Shown: positions 10,854-20,918, counted from the first letter of the stretch. The stretch: 64,000 nucleotides of DNA from Methanocaldococcus indicus (GCF_049554935.1 NZ_CP186926.1:1-64000); one strand, 5' to 3'. The notes: a model not told the origin generated them from the sequence alone. Numbers and translations are program-made.

Positions 10854-11723
10854 ATGAGAGCTTATCCAATAAAAACAAGATATATAAAAAAAGGAGAAAA
10901 TCCTATTCCAACAATATTGGGGGCCATAAAAAATTCCAATATAAAGTTAGAAGATGGTGATTTTATAGTTTTAAGTGAAAAGATGATAGCAACAGCAGAG
11001 GGTAGATTTATTGATGAAAGTCAATATAATCCATCTATTTTAGCATATTTTTGCTATTACTGGTCAAAATATCTATGGGGCTATTTATTAGGAAAAATTT
11101 TAGGATTAAAAGAAGAAAAAATAAAGAATTTAAGAAATCTTCCAAAAAATGAAACTTTAAATCATAAAGAAGCAATTATAAAAGAAGTAGGACTACTATA
11201 TGCTCTAAAACCTTATGCAGAGGGAGGGGTGGATTTAACTAATGTCCCAGGAACTTATGCCTGCTTACTTCCTAAAAATCCTAAATATTGGGCTAAGAAA
11301 TTAAAAGAGGAGATTAAAAAAGAGTTTAATATTGATGTTAATGTTATGGTTGCTGATACTGATGCTACTTATAGAATCTTTAATATATATATAACAGCCC
11401 TACCTTATGCAATAAAAGAAATAAAATCAGGATTGGGTGTTATATACTTTATTTTAGGTAAATTAGCTGAAAGATTAAAAATTGGGGGATTTGTTGGCTG
11501 CACACCCTTAGCTGTTGTAGGGGATAAATTAGATACTTATACATTGGTTAGAATTGCTTTTATAAGTGATAGAGTTCATAAAACCATAAAAAATATGGAA
11601 GAACTCTATAAAAAATTTGGAACATATATAATAACTGAAGAACATTTAGAAAAGTTAGAGCACACACCTGTTGTTATAGTTAAAATGAAAGAAAAATTTA
11701 ATATCCAAAAAATAAAAAAGTAA
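10854..11723 (+). CDS. CofE-related (F420:gamma-glutamyl ligase fold) protein
   Basis: DGDFIVLSEKMIATAEG, GGVDLTNV, DTD, TPVVIV motifs. Confidence 0.75.
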   Translation: MRAYPIKTRYIKKGENPIPTILGAIKNSNIKLEDGDFIVLSEKMIATAEGRFIDESQYNPSILAYFCYYWSKYLWGYLLGKILGLKEEKIKNLRNLPKNETLNHKEAIIKEVGLLYALKPYAEGGVDLTNVPGTYACLLPKNPKYWAKKLKEEIKKEFNIDVNVMVADTDATYRIFNIYITALPYAIKEIKSGLGVIYFILGKLAERLKIGGFVGCTPLAVVGDKLDTYTLVRIAFISDRVHKTIKNMEELYKKFGTYIITEEHLEKLEHTPVVIVKMKEKFNIQKIKK

Positions 11724-11758
11724 AGCTAAAACAAAATATTATGTAGAAAGTGGAAATT

Positions 11759-12820
11759 ATGAAAGTATATCCATTTTCAGCCATAGTTGGACAAGAAAAA
11801 ATGAAAAAAGCTTTAATCTTAAATGCAATAAATCCAAAGATTGGTGGAGTTTTAATCAGAGGTGAGAAAGGAACAGCAAAATCTACAGCAGTTAGGGCTT
11901 TAGCTGATTTATTACCTGAGATTGAAGTTGTTGAAGGATGTCCTTTTAATTGCTCTCCTGATGAGTTGTGTGATATCTGCAAAGAAAAGAAAGAGAGAGG
12001 AGAATTAAAAATAACTAAAAAGAAGATGAAAGTTGTTAATCTTCCAATTGGAGCAACTGAAGATAGAGTTATTGGAACTCTTGATATAGAAAAGGCAATA
12101 AAAGAAGGGATTAAAGCATTAGAACCAGGAATTTTAGCAGAGGCAAATAGAAATATACTATATATTGATGAAGTTAATTTATTAGATGACCATATAATTG
12201 ATGTTTTGTTAGATGCTGCTGCTATGGGATGGAACATTATTGAGAGAGAAGGAGTTAAGATAAAACATCCTTCAAGATTTATATTAGTAGGAACTATGAA
12301 TCCTGAGGAAGGAGAGTTAAGACCACAAATTTTAGATAGATTTGGTTTGATGGTAGATGTTGAAGGATTAACCAATATTAAAGATAGAGTTGAAGTTATA
12401 AAGAGAGTTGAAGAATTTAATAAAAATCCAGATGAATTTTATAAAAAATTTGAAGATGAACAAAAAAAATTAAGAGAAAGGATAATTAAGGCAAGAGAAA
12501 TTTTAGATAAAGTTGAGATTAGTGATGAACTCTTAGAATTCATATCAAAAGTTTGTATTGAGTTAGGAATCCATACAAGTAGGGCAGATATAACAGTTGT
12601 TAGAACAGCTAAAGCATTAGCTGCTTACAATGGAAGAACAAAAGTAAATTTAGATGATGTTAAAGAAGCTATGGAATTGGCTCTCCCTCACAGAATGAGA
12701 AGAAAACCATTTGAACCTCCTCAATTAAATAGAGAGAAATTAGAGCAGATGATTAATGAATTTAAACAGCAAAATGATAAAAAACATAAAAATGAAGATG
12801 TAAAAAAAAAAAAAACATGA
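11759..12820 (+). CDS. Mg/Co chelatase ATPase subunit ChlI-like (N-terminal part of a frameshifted chlD gene)
   Basis: [46 protein letters not shown]; ends just after an A14 run. Confidence 0.93.
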   Translation: MKVYPFSAIVGQEKMKKALILNAINPKIGGVLIRGEKGTAKSTAVRALADLLPEIEVVEGCPFNCSPDELCDICKEKKERGELKITKKKMKVVNLPIGATEDRVIGTLDIEKAIKEGIKALEPGILAEANRNILYIDEVNLLDDHIIDVLLDAAAMGWNIIEREGVKIKHPSRFILVGTMNPEEGELRPQILDRFGLMVDVEGLTNIKDRVEVIKRVEEFNKNPDEFYKKFEDEQKKLRERIIKAREILDKVEISDELLEFISKVCIELGIHTSRADITVVRTAKALAAYNGRTKVNLDDVKEAMELALPHRMRRKPFEPPQLNREKLEQMINEFKQQNDKKHKNEDVKKKKT

Positions 12821-13760
12821 TAAATTAAATAATAAATTTGAAGAAGAATCTAAAGAAGGTGAAAAAAATAACACCAAAGACCAAAATAACAACAATACAA
12901 ATGGTAATTTTGAAAAAACCTATGGAATAGATGAGAACTTTAAATTTAACCCTAAGCTTATACAATTTAAACTTAAAGATAATATCCACAGATATTCTTC
13001 AGGGAGACATATTAAGAGTTATAGTAAGAGAGGGAGGTATGTAAAATTTAAACTCCCAAAAGATAAAACTTCAGATATTGCCTTTGATGCCACATTTAGA
13101 AGAGCAGCAATTCATCAAAAAAAGAGAAGAAAAAAGACAAATAAAAAATTAGCAATTTATTTGGAAAGAGAGGATATTGTAGAAAAAGTTAGACAGAGGA
13201 AGATATCTACTTATATATTGTTTGTTGTTGATGCTTCTGGCTCTATGGGAGCTATGAGAAGAATGGAAGCTGCTAAGGGAGCTATAATCTCTCTACTTTT
13301 AGATGCTTATCAAAAGAGGAATAAAATTGGAATGATTGCATTTAGAAAAGATAGGGCTGAATTAATTTTACCTTTTACATCATCAGTTGAACTTGGAGAG
13401 AAACTACTAAAAGATTTACCTACAGGTGGAAAAACACCGTTAGCTGATGCATTTATTAAGAGTTATGAAATATTTGAAAGAGAACTCAGGAAAAATCCAA
13501 ATATTATTCCAATAATGATTATAATAAGTGATTTCAAGCCAAATGTTGCTGTTAAAAATGATTATATTAAGGATGTTTTTAATATTTGTGAGAAGATAGC
13601 TGAGAAAAATATAAATGTTATATTAATTGATACAGAACCACAATCATTTATAAAAATGGGTATTGGAAGAGAGATAGCCAATAGATTTGGATTTAGATAT
13701 TGTAAAATAGATGATTTGAGTAAAGATAAAATTTTAGATATTTGTAAGAGTTTGCTATAA
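12816..13760 (+). CDS. ChlD-type linker plus vWA domain, in the +1 frame, continuing the chelatase gene
   Basis: Frame is open from 12804 (after TAA 12801-12803) to 13760: [12 protein letters not shown]...[16 protein letters not shown]...[11 protein letters not shown]...FVVDASGSM (MIDAS). Confidence 0.88.
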   Translation, partial: HDKLNNKFEEESKEGEKNNTKDQNNNNTNGNFEKTYGIDENFKFNPKLIQFKLKDNIHRYSSGRHIKSYSKRGRYVKFKLPKDKTSDIAFDATFRRAAIHQKKRRKKTNKKLAIYLEREDIVEKVRQRKISTYILFVVDASGSMGAMRRMEAAKGAIISLLLDAYQKRNKIGMIAFRKDRAELILPFTSSVELGEKLLKDLPTGGKTPLADAFIKSYEIFERELRKNPNIIPIMIIISDFKPNVAVKNDYIKDVFNICEKIAEKNINVILIDTEPQSFIKMGIGREIANRFGFRYCKIDDLSKDKILDICKSLL

Positions 13761-14360
13761 AATATTTTTAGCATAAATAAAAGCTCTTTTATCTCCAATT
13801 TCTCCATGCCCTGGAAGTATAAATTTTAAGTTTTTTTCATAAAAGATTTTTTCTAATTTGAGTATTGAGTTTTTTAATTGGTTAAAATTTCCAGTTGGAA
13901 AATCAGTTCTTCCAACTCCATATTTAAATAGAGTATCCCCAGTTATTAATGAATCTTTGTATATTATTGATATTGAGCCATAAGTATGTCCTGGGGTTTC
14001 TATTATCTCCAAAAAGTCAAGTTTTATCTCAGAAAGAGGGATTATATCCTTTGGAGGTGTTAGTTTTTTTCCAAATAGATAAGATACTGTCACTTCATCC
14101 CCAAGTTTTAGATGCTTAACTTCTCTATCATTAATAGCAGTTGGACATCCAAAAATTTCCTCTAATATGTAGTTAGATGAACAATGGTCATAGTGACAAT
14201 GTGTATTTATAATTAAATCAATATTAGTTGTATATGTTTCAATCTCTTCTAAAATTTTCTCTGTATATTCTCCTGCTCCTGGGTCAATTAATATATTTTC
14301 CTTATCTAATATTAAATAAGTGTTTGAACTATATCCATATCCTCCCAATTTTACTATTAT
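13755..14360 (-). CDS. Metallo-beta-lactamase fold hydrolase (glyoxalase II-like)
   Basis: THCHYDH, TPGHT, TGDTLF, GRTD, PGHG; start uncertain (ATA at 14360 behind AGGTGA, or TTG at 14348). Confidence 0.88.
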   Translation of the reverse strand: MIVKLGGYGYSSNTYLILDKENILIDPGAGEYTEKILEEIETYTTNIDLIINTHCHYDHCSSNYILEEIFGCPTAINDREVKHLKLGDEVTVSYLFGKKLTPPKDIIPLSEIKLDFLEIIETPGHTYGSISIIYKDSLITGDTLFKYGVGRTDFPTGNFNQLKNSILKLEKIFYEKNLKFILPGHGEIGDKRAFIYAKNIL

Positions 14361-14400
14361 AGTCTCACCTTAAATTTATATAATTGATTTTAATTATTAT

Positions 14401-14415
14401 AAAAAGTTATATATA
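14401..14415 (+). promoter_or_regulatory. BRE/TATA promoter of rps15
   Basis: AAAAAGTTATATATA about 60 nt upstream of the ATG. Confidence 0.55.
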
Positions 14416-14448
14416 CATAGTATATTTATTTTTAAGAAAACATTACAA

Positions 14449-14518
14449 TGAACTGGCGACCGTCGAGGTGATATAAATGGCAAGAATGCATGCAAGAAAA
14501 AGAGGTCGCTCCGGTTCA
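14449..14518 (+). promoter_or_regulatory. Candidate structured rps15 mRNA leader
   Basis: TGAACTG-GCGACC (14449-14461) is complementary to GGTCGC-tc-CGGTTCA (14504-14518), enclosing RBS GAGGTGA and ATG. Confidence 0.55.
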
Positions 14519-14938
14519 AAAAAACCATTTAGGACTGAACCTCCTGAATGGGTACAATACACACCGGAGCAAGTAGAAGAGTTAGTAGTAGAATTAGCTA
14601 AAAAAGGTTATCAATCAGCTCAAATTGGAATAATATTAAGAGATACTTATGGAATACCTGATGTAAAATTAATTACTGGTAAGAAAATCAGTAAAATAAT
14701 GAAAGAACATAATTTATACCCAAAAATTCCAGAAGACTTATTAAACTTAATGAGAAGAGCTGTTAATTTAAGAAAACACTTAGAGCAACATCCAAAAGAC
14801 TTACACTCTAAGAGAGGTTTGCAATTAATTGAATCTAAAATAAAAAGATTAGTGAAATACTATAAATCAAGAGGAGTTTTACCAGAAGATTGGAGATACT
14901 CACCAGAAACTGCAAGATTGTTGGTTGAACAAGCATAA
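14477..14938 (+). CDS. rps15: 30S ribosomal protein S15 (uS15)
   Basis: [38 protein letters not shown]. Confidence 0.98.
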   Translation: MARMHARKRGRSGSKKPFRTEPPEWVQYTPEQVEELVVELAKKGYQSAQIGIILRDTYGIPDVKLITGKKISKIMKEHNLYPKIPEDLLNLMRRAVNLRKHLEQHPKDLHSKRGLQLIESKIKRLVKYYKSRGVLPEDWRYSPETARLLVEQA

Positions 14939-14982
14939 TTTATATAATTATTCTATAAATTATTTATCCTACTTTTTTTATA

Positions 14983-15684
14983 GAGAGTGTCAAGTTAAGC
15001 TTTTATTAATAATTGATAAAAAATAATAAAATATGAAGCTCACGATAGAAGTCTTAAAGGAGAGAATCGAAGAGGAGAAGATTTTTAAAAGGAATAAGAA
15101 GTCGATAGAAGTTAAAATCTTAGCTGGGATTTTGTATTATCTTGGACTATCGTTGAGGAAGGTAAGTTTGTTTCTTTCCCAATTCGAAAGTATAAGCCAT
15201 GAGTCGGTTAGGACTTATTATCACAAGATTAAAGATGTTTTAAACGAACCTGAAAGAAAGGAAAGATACGCAATTGCAATCGATGAGACCAAACTAAAGA
15301 TTGGAAATGAAAATATTTACGTATGGTCTGCTATTGATGTTGAATCGAAAGAGTGCTTGGGAGTTTATGTTTCTGAAATAAGAAACTGCCTCGATACTAT
15401 ATTATTCGTTAAGAGTATATTAAAATTTTGCTCTAATAAGCCGAAGATTTTGGTCGATGGTGGAAGATGGTATCCGTGGGCATTGCAAAGATTGGGTTTA
15501 GAATTTGAAAGAGTCAGATTCGGACTGAGAAATTGTGTAGAAAGCTTTTTCTCACTACTCAAACGAAGAACTAAAGCATTTTATAATAGGTTTCCTAATA
15601 ACAGCAAATTCGATACAGTTGTTAGCTGGATTAAAAGTTTCATGATGTTCTACAATTGGTTGATGTCGTTAACTTGACAGTGTC
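14983..15684 (+). mobile_element. IS6-family insertion sequence, 702 bp
   Basis: Terminal inverted repeats GAGAGTGTCAAGTTAA (14983-14998) and TTAACTTGACAGTGTC (15669-15684), 14/16 match; encloses DDE transposase; CG dinucleotides visibly enriched relative to flanks; no target-site duplication. Confidence 0.92.
15033..15677 (+). CDS. IS6-family DDE transposase
   Basis: [31 protein letters not shown] motifs; stop codon lies inside the right IR. Confidence 0.93.
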   Translation: MKLTIEVLKERIEEEKIFKRNKKSIEVKILAGILYYLGLSLRKVSLFLSQFESISHESVRTYYHKIKDVLNEPERKERYAIAIDETKLKIGNENIYVWSAIDVESKECLGVYVSEIRNCLDTILFVKSILKFCSNKPKILVDGGRWYPWALQRLGLEFERVRFGLRNCVESFFSLLKRRTKAFYNRFPNNSKFDTVVSWIKSFMMFYNWLMSLT

Positions 15685-15700
15685 ATTAAGAGGGATATTT

Positions 15701-16282
15701 TTGGATTTGTTTGATTTTTCTCCAAGGGAAATTAAGGATTTAGTAGTGTCTGTTTTAGTTATAACTCTTATTTTCTCATATCCAAATTTATCAATATTTA
15801 ATATTTTAGTAGGATTGTTTGCTGTTGGTTTAGGATTTGTTTGTCATGAGTTGATGCATAGATTTGTAGCAAGAAAATACAATGCATATAGTGAGTTTGT
15901 TGCTTGGTATGAAGGATTATTAATAGCTTTAATTTTAAAGTTGATTTTAGGATTTACTTTTATTGCTCCTGGTGCAGTTTATATTTATAAAGATTATTTA
16001 ACTGTTGAAGAGGAAGGAATAATATCCTTAGCAGGACCTTTGACAAATATTGCCTTAGCTATTGGATTTATAATTTTAGCTAAAATTATTCCAGTGCTTA
16101 TAAATATAGGAATATATGGAGCACTTATAAACATTTGGTTAGCAGGATTTAATATGCTACCAATTCCTCCATTTGATGGCTCAAAAGTGTTAAGATGGAA
16201 TCCACTAATTTGGGCAGTTGTAGCAATTCCATTATTTATATTTATGGTATTCCCAGGATTATTATTTAGATTTATATTCTAA
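15701..16282 (+). CDS. M50 (site-2) membrane zinc protease
   Basis: HELMH, AGPLTN, FNMLPIPPFDG; likely TTG start at 15701 after GAGGGA (ORF-track extension to 15656 lies inside the IS). Confidence 0.9.
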   Translation: MDLFDFSPREIKDLVVSVLVITLIFSYPNLSIFNILVGLFAVGLGFVCHELMHRFVARKYNAYSEFVAWYEGLLIALILKLILGFTFIAPGAVYIYKDYLTVEEEGIISLAGPLTNIALAIGFIILAKIIPVLINIGIYGALINIWLAGFNMLPIPPFDGSKVLRWNPLIWAVVAIPLFIFMVFPGLLFRFIF

Positions 16283-16291
16283 GTGATTTTT

Positions 16292-17617
16292 ATGACAACC
16301 ATCTCTATAATTGGAGGAACTGATGGATTAGGTAAGTGGTTGGCAAGATTTTTAAAAAGTAGAGGATTTGATGTTATAGTAACTGGAAGAGATGTAAAAA
16401 AAGGAAAAAAAGTTGAAGAAGAGTTAGGAGTGAAATTTACTAACAACAATATTGAAGCAGCTAAAAAGGGAGATATTGTTATTGTTTCTGTTCCAATAAA
16501 TATAACTGAAAGAGTTATTAAAGAGATAGCACCCCATGTTAGAGAAGGATGTCTATTAATGGATGTTACTTCAATAAAAGAGATTCCTTCAAAAGCTATG
16601 GAAGAAAATGTAAATGAAGGAGTTACTGTTATCCCTACTCATCCAATGTTTGGACCAACAGCACCATCATTAGAGAGACAAGTGGTTATATTAACTCCCT
16701 CAGAGAAGCACAAAAATAGTGAATGGTTCAGAAAAGTTTATAATTTTTTAAAAAAAGAAGGAGCAAAAGTTATTGTAATTCCCCCTGATAAGCATGATAG
16801 AATTATGGGAGTTGTGCAAGGACTAACACATTTTGCTTATATAACCTTAGCATCTACACTAAAAGAGTTAAATGTTGATATTAAAGAATCAAGAAAGTAT
16901 GCTTCACCAATATATGAGCTAATGCTTTCAATAATTGGAAGAATTATAGCACAAAATCCTTATTTATATGCTGATATTCAGATGTTTAATCCAAAAATAG
17001 AAGAAATTCATAAAACATTTTTAAATGAAGCTAATAAGTTAGCAAATATAGTAAAAAATAAAGATAGGGAGAAATTTGTCAATATTATGAAAGAAGCTGC
17101 TAAGCATTTTGGTAGTGAAGCTAAAAGAGGAATTTATTACTCTGATAAGGCACTATTTGCATTAGCAAAAGAGTTAGAAAATTTAAAATCCCATATAAAT
17201 AAGGAAATTGGCATAAAAAATTTAGAGACAGGAAATATACATATAGGAATTCTAAAAGATATTGATGGAGATTATATAACAATAGAAAAAAATGGTAAAA
17301 CTAAGAAATTTAACATACTAAAAAATGAGGTTTTTATTGATGATGAACTAAAAAAAATTAAAGAAAAAGTTTTAAGTAAGAAATATATTGATATTTCTGT
17401 CTTATTTAAGGAGGATATAAATGAGAATATAATCTTAGATTTATTAAAAAATAAGTTTGATATAGATATTGTAGATATCTACAATGGTAAAAATATTCCA
17501 AAAGGTTATAAAAGCATAACATTTAGAATATATGAATACAACAAAGAAAAGTTAAAAGAAAAAGAAGAGTTATTTATAGATATTATTAAAAATATTGGAG
17601 GAAAATTAAGATATTAA
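16292..17617 (+). CDS. tyrA: Prephenate dehydrogenase with C-terminal extension
   Basis: IIGGTDGLG, DVTSIK, HPMFGP, HDRIMGVVQGLTH. Confidence 0.93.
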   Translation: MTTISIIGGTDGLGKWLARFLKSRGFDVIVTGRDVKKGKKVEEELGVKFTNNNIEAAKKGDIVIVSVPINITERVIKEIAPHVREGCLLMDVTSIKEIPSKAMEENVNEGVTVIPTHPMFGPTAPSLERQVVILTPSEKHKNSEWFRKVYNFLKKEGAKVIVIPPDKHDRIMGVVQGLTHFAYITLASTLKELNVDIKESRKYASPIYELMLSIIGRIIAQNPYLYADIQMFNPKIEEIHKTFLNEANKLANIVKNKDREKFVNIMKEAAKHFGSEAKRGIYYSDKALFALAKELENLKSHINKEIGIKNLETGNIHIGILKDIDGDYITIEKNGKTKKFNILKNEVFIDDELKKIKEKVLSKKYIDISVLFKEDINENIILDLLKNKFDIDIVDIYNGKNIPKGYKSITFRIYEYNKEKLKEKEELFIDIIKNIGGKLRY

Positions 17618-17638
17618 AAAGTTTTGAGGTGATACTAT

Positions 17639-17845
17639 ATGGAATGTCCAAATAAAGAAAAAAATTTAAAGAGATGTAATTGTTCATATCCAGTTTGTGA
17701 TAAAAAAGGATTGTGTTGTGAGTGCTTACATTATCATTTAAAGATGAGACAACTACCAGCATGTTGTTTTCCAGATGATGTAGAGAAAACATATGATAGA
17801 AGTTTTGAAACATTTGCTAAATTAGTTTTAGAAAAGAAAATTTAA
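17639..17845 (+). CDS. Small cysteine-rich protein (probable metal binder)
   Basis: 68 aa: CPN...CNCSYPVCDKKGLCCECLHYH...LPACCF...DRS; GAGGTGA RBS. Confidence 0.8.
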   Translation: MECPNKEKNLKRCNCSYPVCDKKGLCCECLHYHLKMRQLPACCFPDDVEKTYDRSFETFAKLVLEKKI

Positions 17846-17867
17846 ATAAATTAATTAAGGTGAAACA

Positions 17868-18659
17868 ATGAGGAGAGACTTTCCAGAAGAGGGAGATATA
17901 GTTATTGGAACAGTTAAAGAGGTTAAACCTTATGGTGCATTTGTTGAATTATTAGAGTATCCAGGAAAAGAAGGAATGATTCATATATCAGAAGTTACTT
18001 CTGGATGGGTTAAAAATATTAGAGACCATGTAAAAGTTGGGCAAAGAGTAGTAGCAAAAGTTTTAAGAGTTAATAAACAAAAGGGACACATAGATTTATC
18101 ATTGAAGAGAGTAACTGACCAACAAAGAAGAGAAAAAGTATTAGAGTGGAAGAGATTCCAAAGAGCTAATAAGATGTTAGAGAGAGCTGCTGAAAAATTA
18201 GGAAAAAGTTTAGAAGAAGCTTGGGAAGAGGTTGGTTATTTATTGGAGGATGAATTTGGAGAGTTGTATAATGCATTTGAAACAATGGTTATTGAAGGTA
18301 AAGAAGTTTTAGATGAGTTAGAGATTCCTGAAGAATGGAAAGATGTATTATATGAGGTAGCAAATGAAAGTATTGAATTGAGTAATGTTGAAGTAGAAGG
18401 AGTTATAGAGATGACATGCTTTGAAACAGATGGAATAAAAAGAATTAAAAAGGCATTAACAAATGCATTAAAAGCTAATCCTTATGAAGATGTTGAAGTA
18501 AATATATCATATATAGGAGCTCCAAAGTATAGAGTTGAAGTTATTGCTCCTGATTATAAGAGTGGTGAAGAGGTATTTAAAAAAGTATGTGAAAGAGCTT
18601 TAAAAGAAATTAAAAAGTTGGGAGGAGAAGGTAGCTATTACAGAGGAGAAGAAAAATGA
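17868..18659 (+). CDS. eif2a: Translation initiation factor aIF2 alpha
   Basis: S1 domain YGAFVELLEY...HISEV, KGHIDLSLKRV, IGAPKYR. Confidence 0.96.
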   Translation: MRRDFPEEGDIVIGTVKEVKPYGAFVELLEYPGKEGMIHISEVTSGWVKNIRDHVKVGQRVVAKVLRVNKQKGHIDLSLKRVTDQQRREKVLEWKRFQRANKMLERAAEKLGKSLEEAWEEVGYLLEDEFGELYNAFETMVIEGKEVLDELEIPEEWKDVLYEVANESIELSNVEVEGVIEMTCFETDGIKRIKKALTNALKANPYEDVEVNISYIGAPKYRVEVIAPDYKSGEEVFKKVCERALKEIKKLGGEGSYYRGEEK

Positions 18660-18817
18660 AAATGAAAAAATGTTTTAGCTGTGGAACTTACACTTTAAAA
18701 GATATTTGTCCAAAATGTGGAGAAAAAACATCTATTGTTAAGCCACCAAAATTTTCCTTAGAAGATAGATGGGGAAAATACAGAAGAATGTTAAAAAAAG
18801 CTAAAAAAAGTTTTTAG
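18656..18817 (+). CDS. nop10: H/ACA RNP protein Nop10
   Basis: Not in ORF track; MKMKKCFSCGTYTLKDICPKCGEKTSIVKPPKFSLEDRWGKYRRMLKK, ATGA overlap with the aIF2-alpha stop. Confidence 0.95.
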   Translation: MKMKKCFSCGTYTLKDICPKCGEKTSIVKPPKFSLEDRWGKYRRMLKKAKKSF

Positions 18818-19803
18818 GTATCTATTATTGCAATATATATTTTACCTTCATATATTCCTGGTAAAATATTAGTCCCTAATACTACTTTTGTTGGGATATT
18901 TAAAGTCATATACCTATTAGAATCAGAGGGATTATAATAACTATATACAACATTATAATTATTTGTTAAATAAATCCAATTTTTATTATTTAAGTTTTCA
19001 GCCAATATTGCCATTTCATTTGTTCCTGGAGGAACATTAACTACAGATATATTATATAACCCATTACTCCAATAACTGTCTGTTTTTAGCTCTACATTCC
19101 AAGATACAGTATTATATATAGTAGTTATAGACAAGTTATTTTCTGATGAATTATTTAGCTTTACATTTCCATAGTTAATATATGAACAATTCAGAATTAT
19201 TCCCACATATGAATTCATAGTATAATTATTAGGGTCTTCGTAAATAACAGTTGTATTTTCATCTGAAACAGTTACATTAAATTTCCACATTGATACAGAA
19301 CCAGGAAAACCACCTGTAGATGCTGCAATACTACCAATTGTAAAATTAAATTTCCAAGTACCGGTAATTTTATTATAATCAGGCTTTTGTATTAATGAGA
19401 CGTTCCATTTTGCAATGTCATTATTATCTCCAAAATATTTTATTATTGTATCATTTTTAGGAATATATATAAATCTTATATGCTCTGAGCTGGATATACT
19501 ACTATTTACCCATACAGTATATGTAGGATAATAATAAATAGATAAATAATAAAAATCTACGGTTATATTTTTAATATCTTTAAGTCCATTTAAATCAGAT
19601 ACTGAAATCTCAAGAGTATATGTATTTGTAGGGGATAATGCTGACACACTATTTCCAGAGCTATCTAATAATTTTATACTTATATTTTCTGGAGGAAGAT
19701 TTATAATATTAATTTTTCCACTGATATTGTTAATATTAGATGCATAATTAGTTAATAGCAAAAAGAACAATACGTTTATTAAAAATATTTTATATATTTC
19801 CAT
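18814..19803 (-). CDS. Secreted beta-rich protein, paralog of 20933-21865 (putative minor filament subunit)
   Basis: Signal peptide, shared GKIN...LDS-GN...L-PTNTYT...DLN-LKD block, C-terminus PGIYEGKIYIAI, many N-x-S/T sequons. Confidence 0.65.
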   Translation of the reverse strand: MEIYKIFLINVLFFLLLTNYASNINNISGKINIINLPPENISIKLLDSSGNSVSALSPTNTYTLEISVSDLNGLKDIKNITVDFYYLSIYYYPTYTVWVNSSISSSEHIRFIYIPKNDTIIKYFGDNNDIAKWNVSLIQKPDYNKITGTWKFNFTIGSIAASTGGFPGSVSMWKFNVTVSDENTTVIYEDPNNYTMNSYVGIILNCSYINYGNVKLNNSSENNLSITTIYNTVSWNVELKTDSYWSNGLYNISVVNVPPGTNEMAILAENLNNKNWIYLTNNYNVVYSYYNPSDSNRYMTLNIPTKVVLGTNILPGIYEGKIYIAIIDT

Positions 19804-19808
19804 TTTTA

Positions 19809-20918
19809 TCACCTTAGATTAAATAATTCTTTGATTATTTCTAAAATTCCTTTAAACACACTTTCAATAATTTTAGTAATGTTGCTGAATACATTAAAGG
19901 ATGTTTCATTTTTATTACTGTTTTCATTAATTGTTCCATAATTAACATCAATTTTTGGAGTTGAAGTATATAATCTATCTTTTGAATAGAGTTCTAATTG
20001 AAAAGAGTAGATACCATTTGAGAAGTTATTTGGGATATAGTTATATTTGTATTCATACTTACCAATTGGTAGCTGGTATATATTTGCAATATCAATTTTA
20101 TCAATTAATTTCTTATTTTTATATACATTTAGTACTAATTTAACATTATCAAGAGGTTTATACATGTTATCAATTAATGAATATATATAGAAATATTTGA
20201 TACTTCTACTACTATTTATTGGGACTACTTTAAATATTGGTATGCTTACAGTATTAACAATTAAAATAACAGTTTTATTTTCATAAGGTTTTACTGTAAA
20301 TTTTGTTTCATTGAGAATATTTCCTAACAAAATAGCTTTAGTAAGGTATTCTCCAGGAACTACTTTCTTTTTTAGTATTCCAGTATCATTTGTAGCAATT
20401 AATTGATTATCTTTATTATATAGTAATATTTTACAAGCTACATTATTCCCATTTTTATCTTTAGTATATATACTTACATAGGAATACTCTCCAAGTACAT
20501 TTACTTTAATATTAGTTCCTGCAGCTGGTAAAATAATAGTTCCTTTACGATTTTCTGTAGTTTTATATGCTTCTCCAACAATCTGAACGATATATTTGCC
20601 TGGAACACAATCATTATCTACTTTTATAGTAATATATACACTTTTTCCTTCTTTTGGTTTTAATGTAAAATTATTTTCAGAAAATAGAACATGTATTTTG
20701 TTAGTTTCAGGTTTTATGTAGTATTCCATGTGGATATTTATTGGGCTATCTGATGGATTATAAAATCTAATATATCCACCAGACACATCTCCACCAGCAG
20801 GAATCTCAAAAGATGAACTTAAGATATTTCCTGTTATACCTATACCTTCACCATAAATACAACAAATAAAAATAGAAATAACAAAAAAAATAAAAAAAGT
20901 TTTTTTCAAAGAAATCAC
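19809..20918 (-). CDS. Secreted Ig-fold protein resembling pilus chaperone / DUF916-type assembly proteins
   Basis: Signal peptide; IRFYNPSD...FTLKPKEGKSVYITIKV...PGKY pattern; amphipathic C-terminal helix. Confidence 0.55.
   Translation of the reverse strand: MISLKKTFFIFFVISIFICCIYGEGIGITGNILSSSFEIPAGGDVSGGYIRFYNPSDSPINIHMEYYIKPETNKIHVLFSENNFTLKPKEGKSVYITIKVDNDCVPGKYIVQIVGEAYKTTENRKGTIILPAAGTNIKVNVLGEYSYVSIYTKDKNGNNVACKILLYNKDNQLIATNDTGILKKKVVPGEYLTKAILLGNILNETKFTVKPYENKTVILIVNTVSIPIFKVVPINSSRSIKYFYIYSLIDNMYKPLDNVKLVLNVYKNKKLIDKIDIANIYQLPIGKYEYKYNYIPNNFSNGIYSFQLELYSKDRLYTSTPKIDVNYGTINENSNKNETSFNVFSNITKIIESVFKGILEIIKELFNLR

Noticed and set aside
13161-13760. Independent 199-aa vWA gene starting at TTG 13161, or a chlD pseudogene
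   Set aside because: The frame is open and ChlD-like back to the A14 run and both halves are intact, favouring one frameshifted gene
15656-15700. N-terminal extension of the M50 protease given by the ORF track
   Set aside because: Lies mostly within the IS right end; TTG at 15701 with an RBS is more plausible
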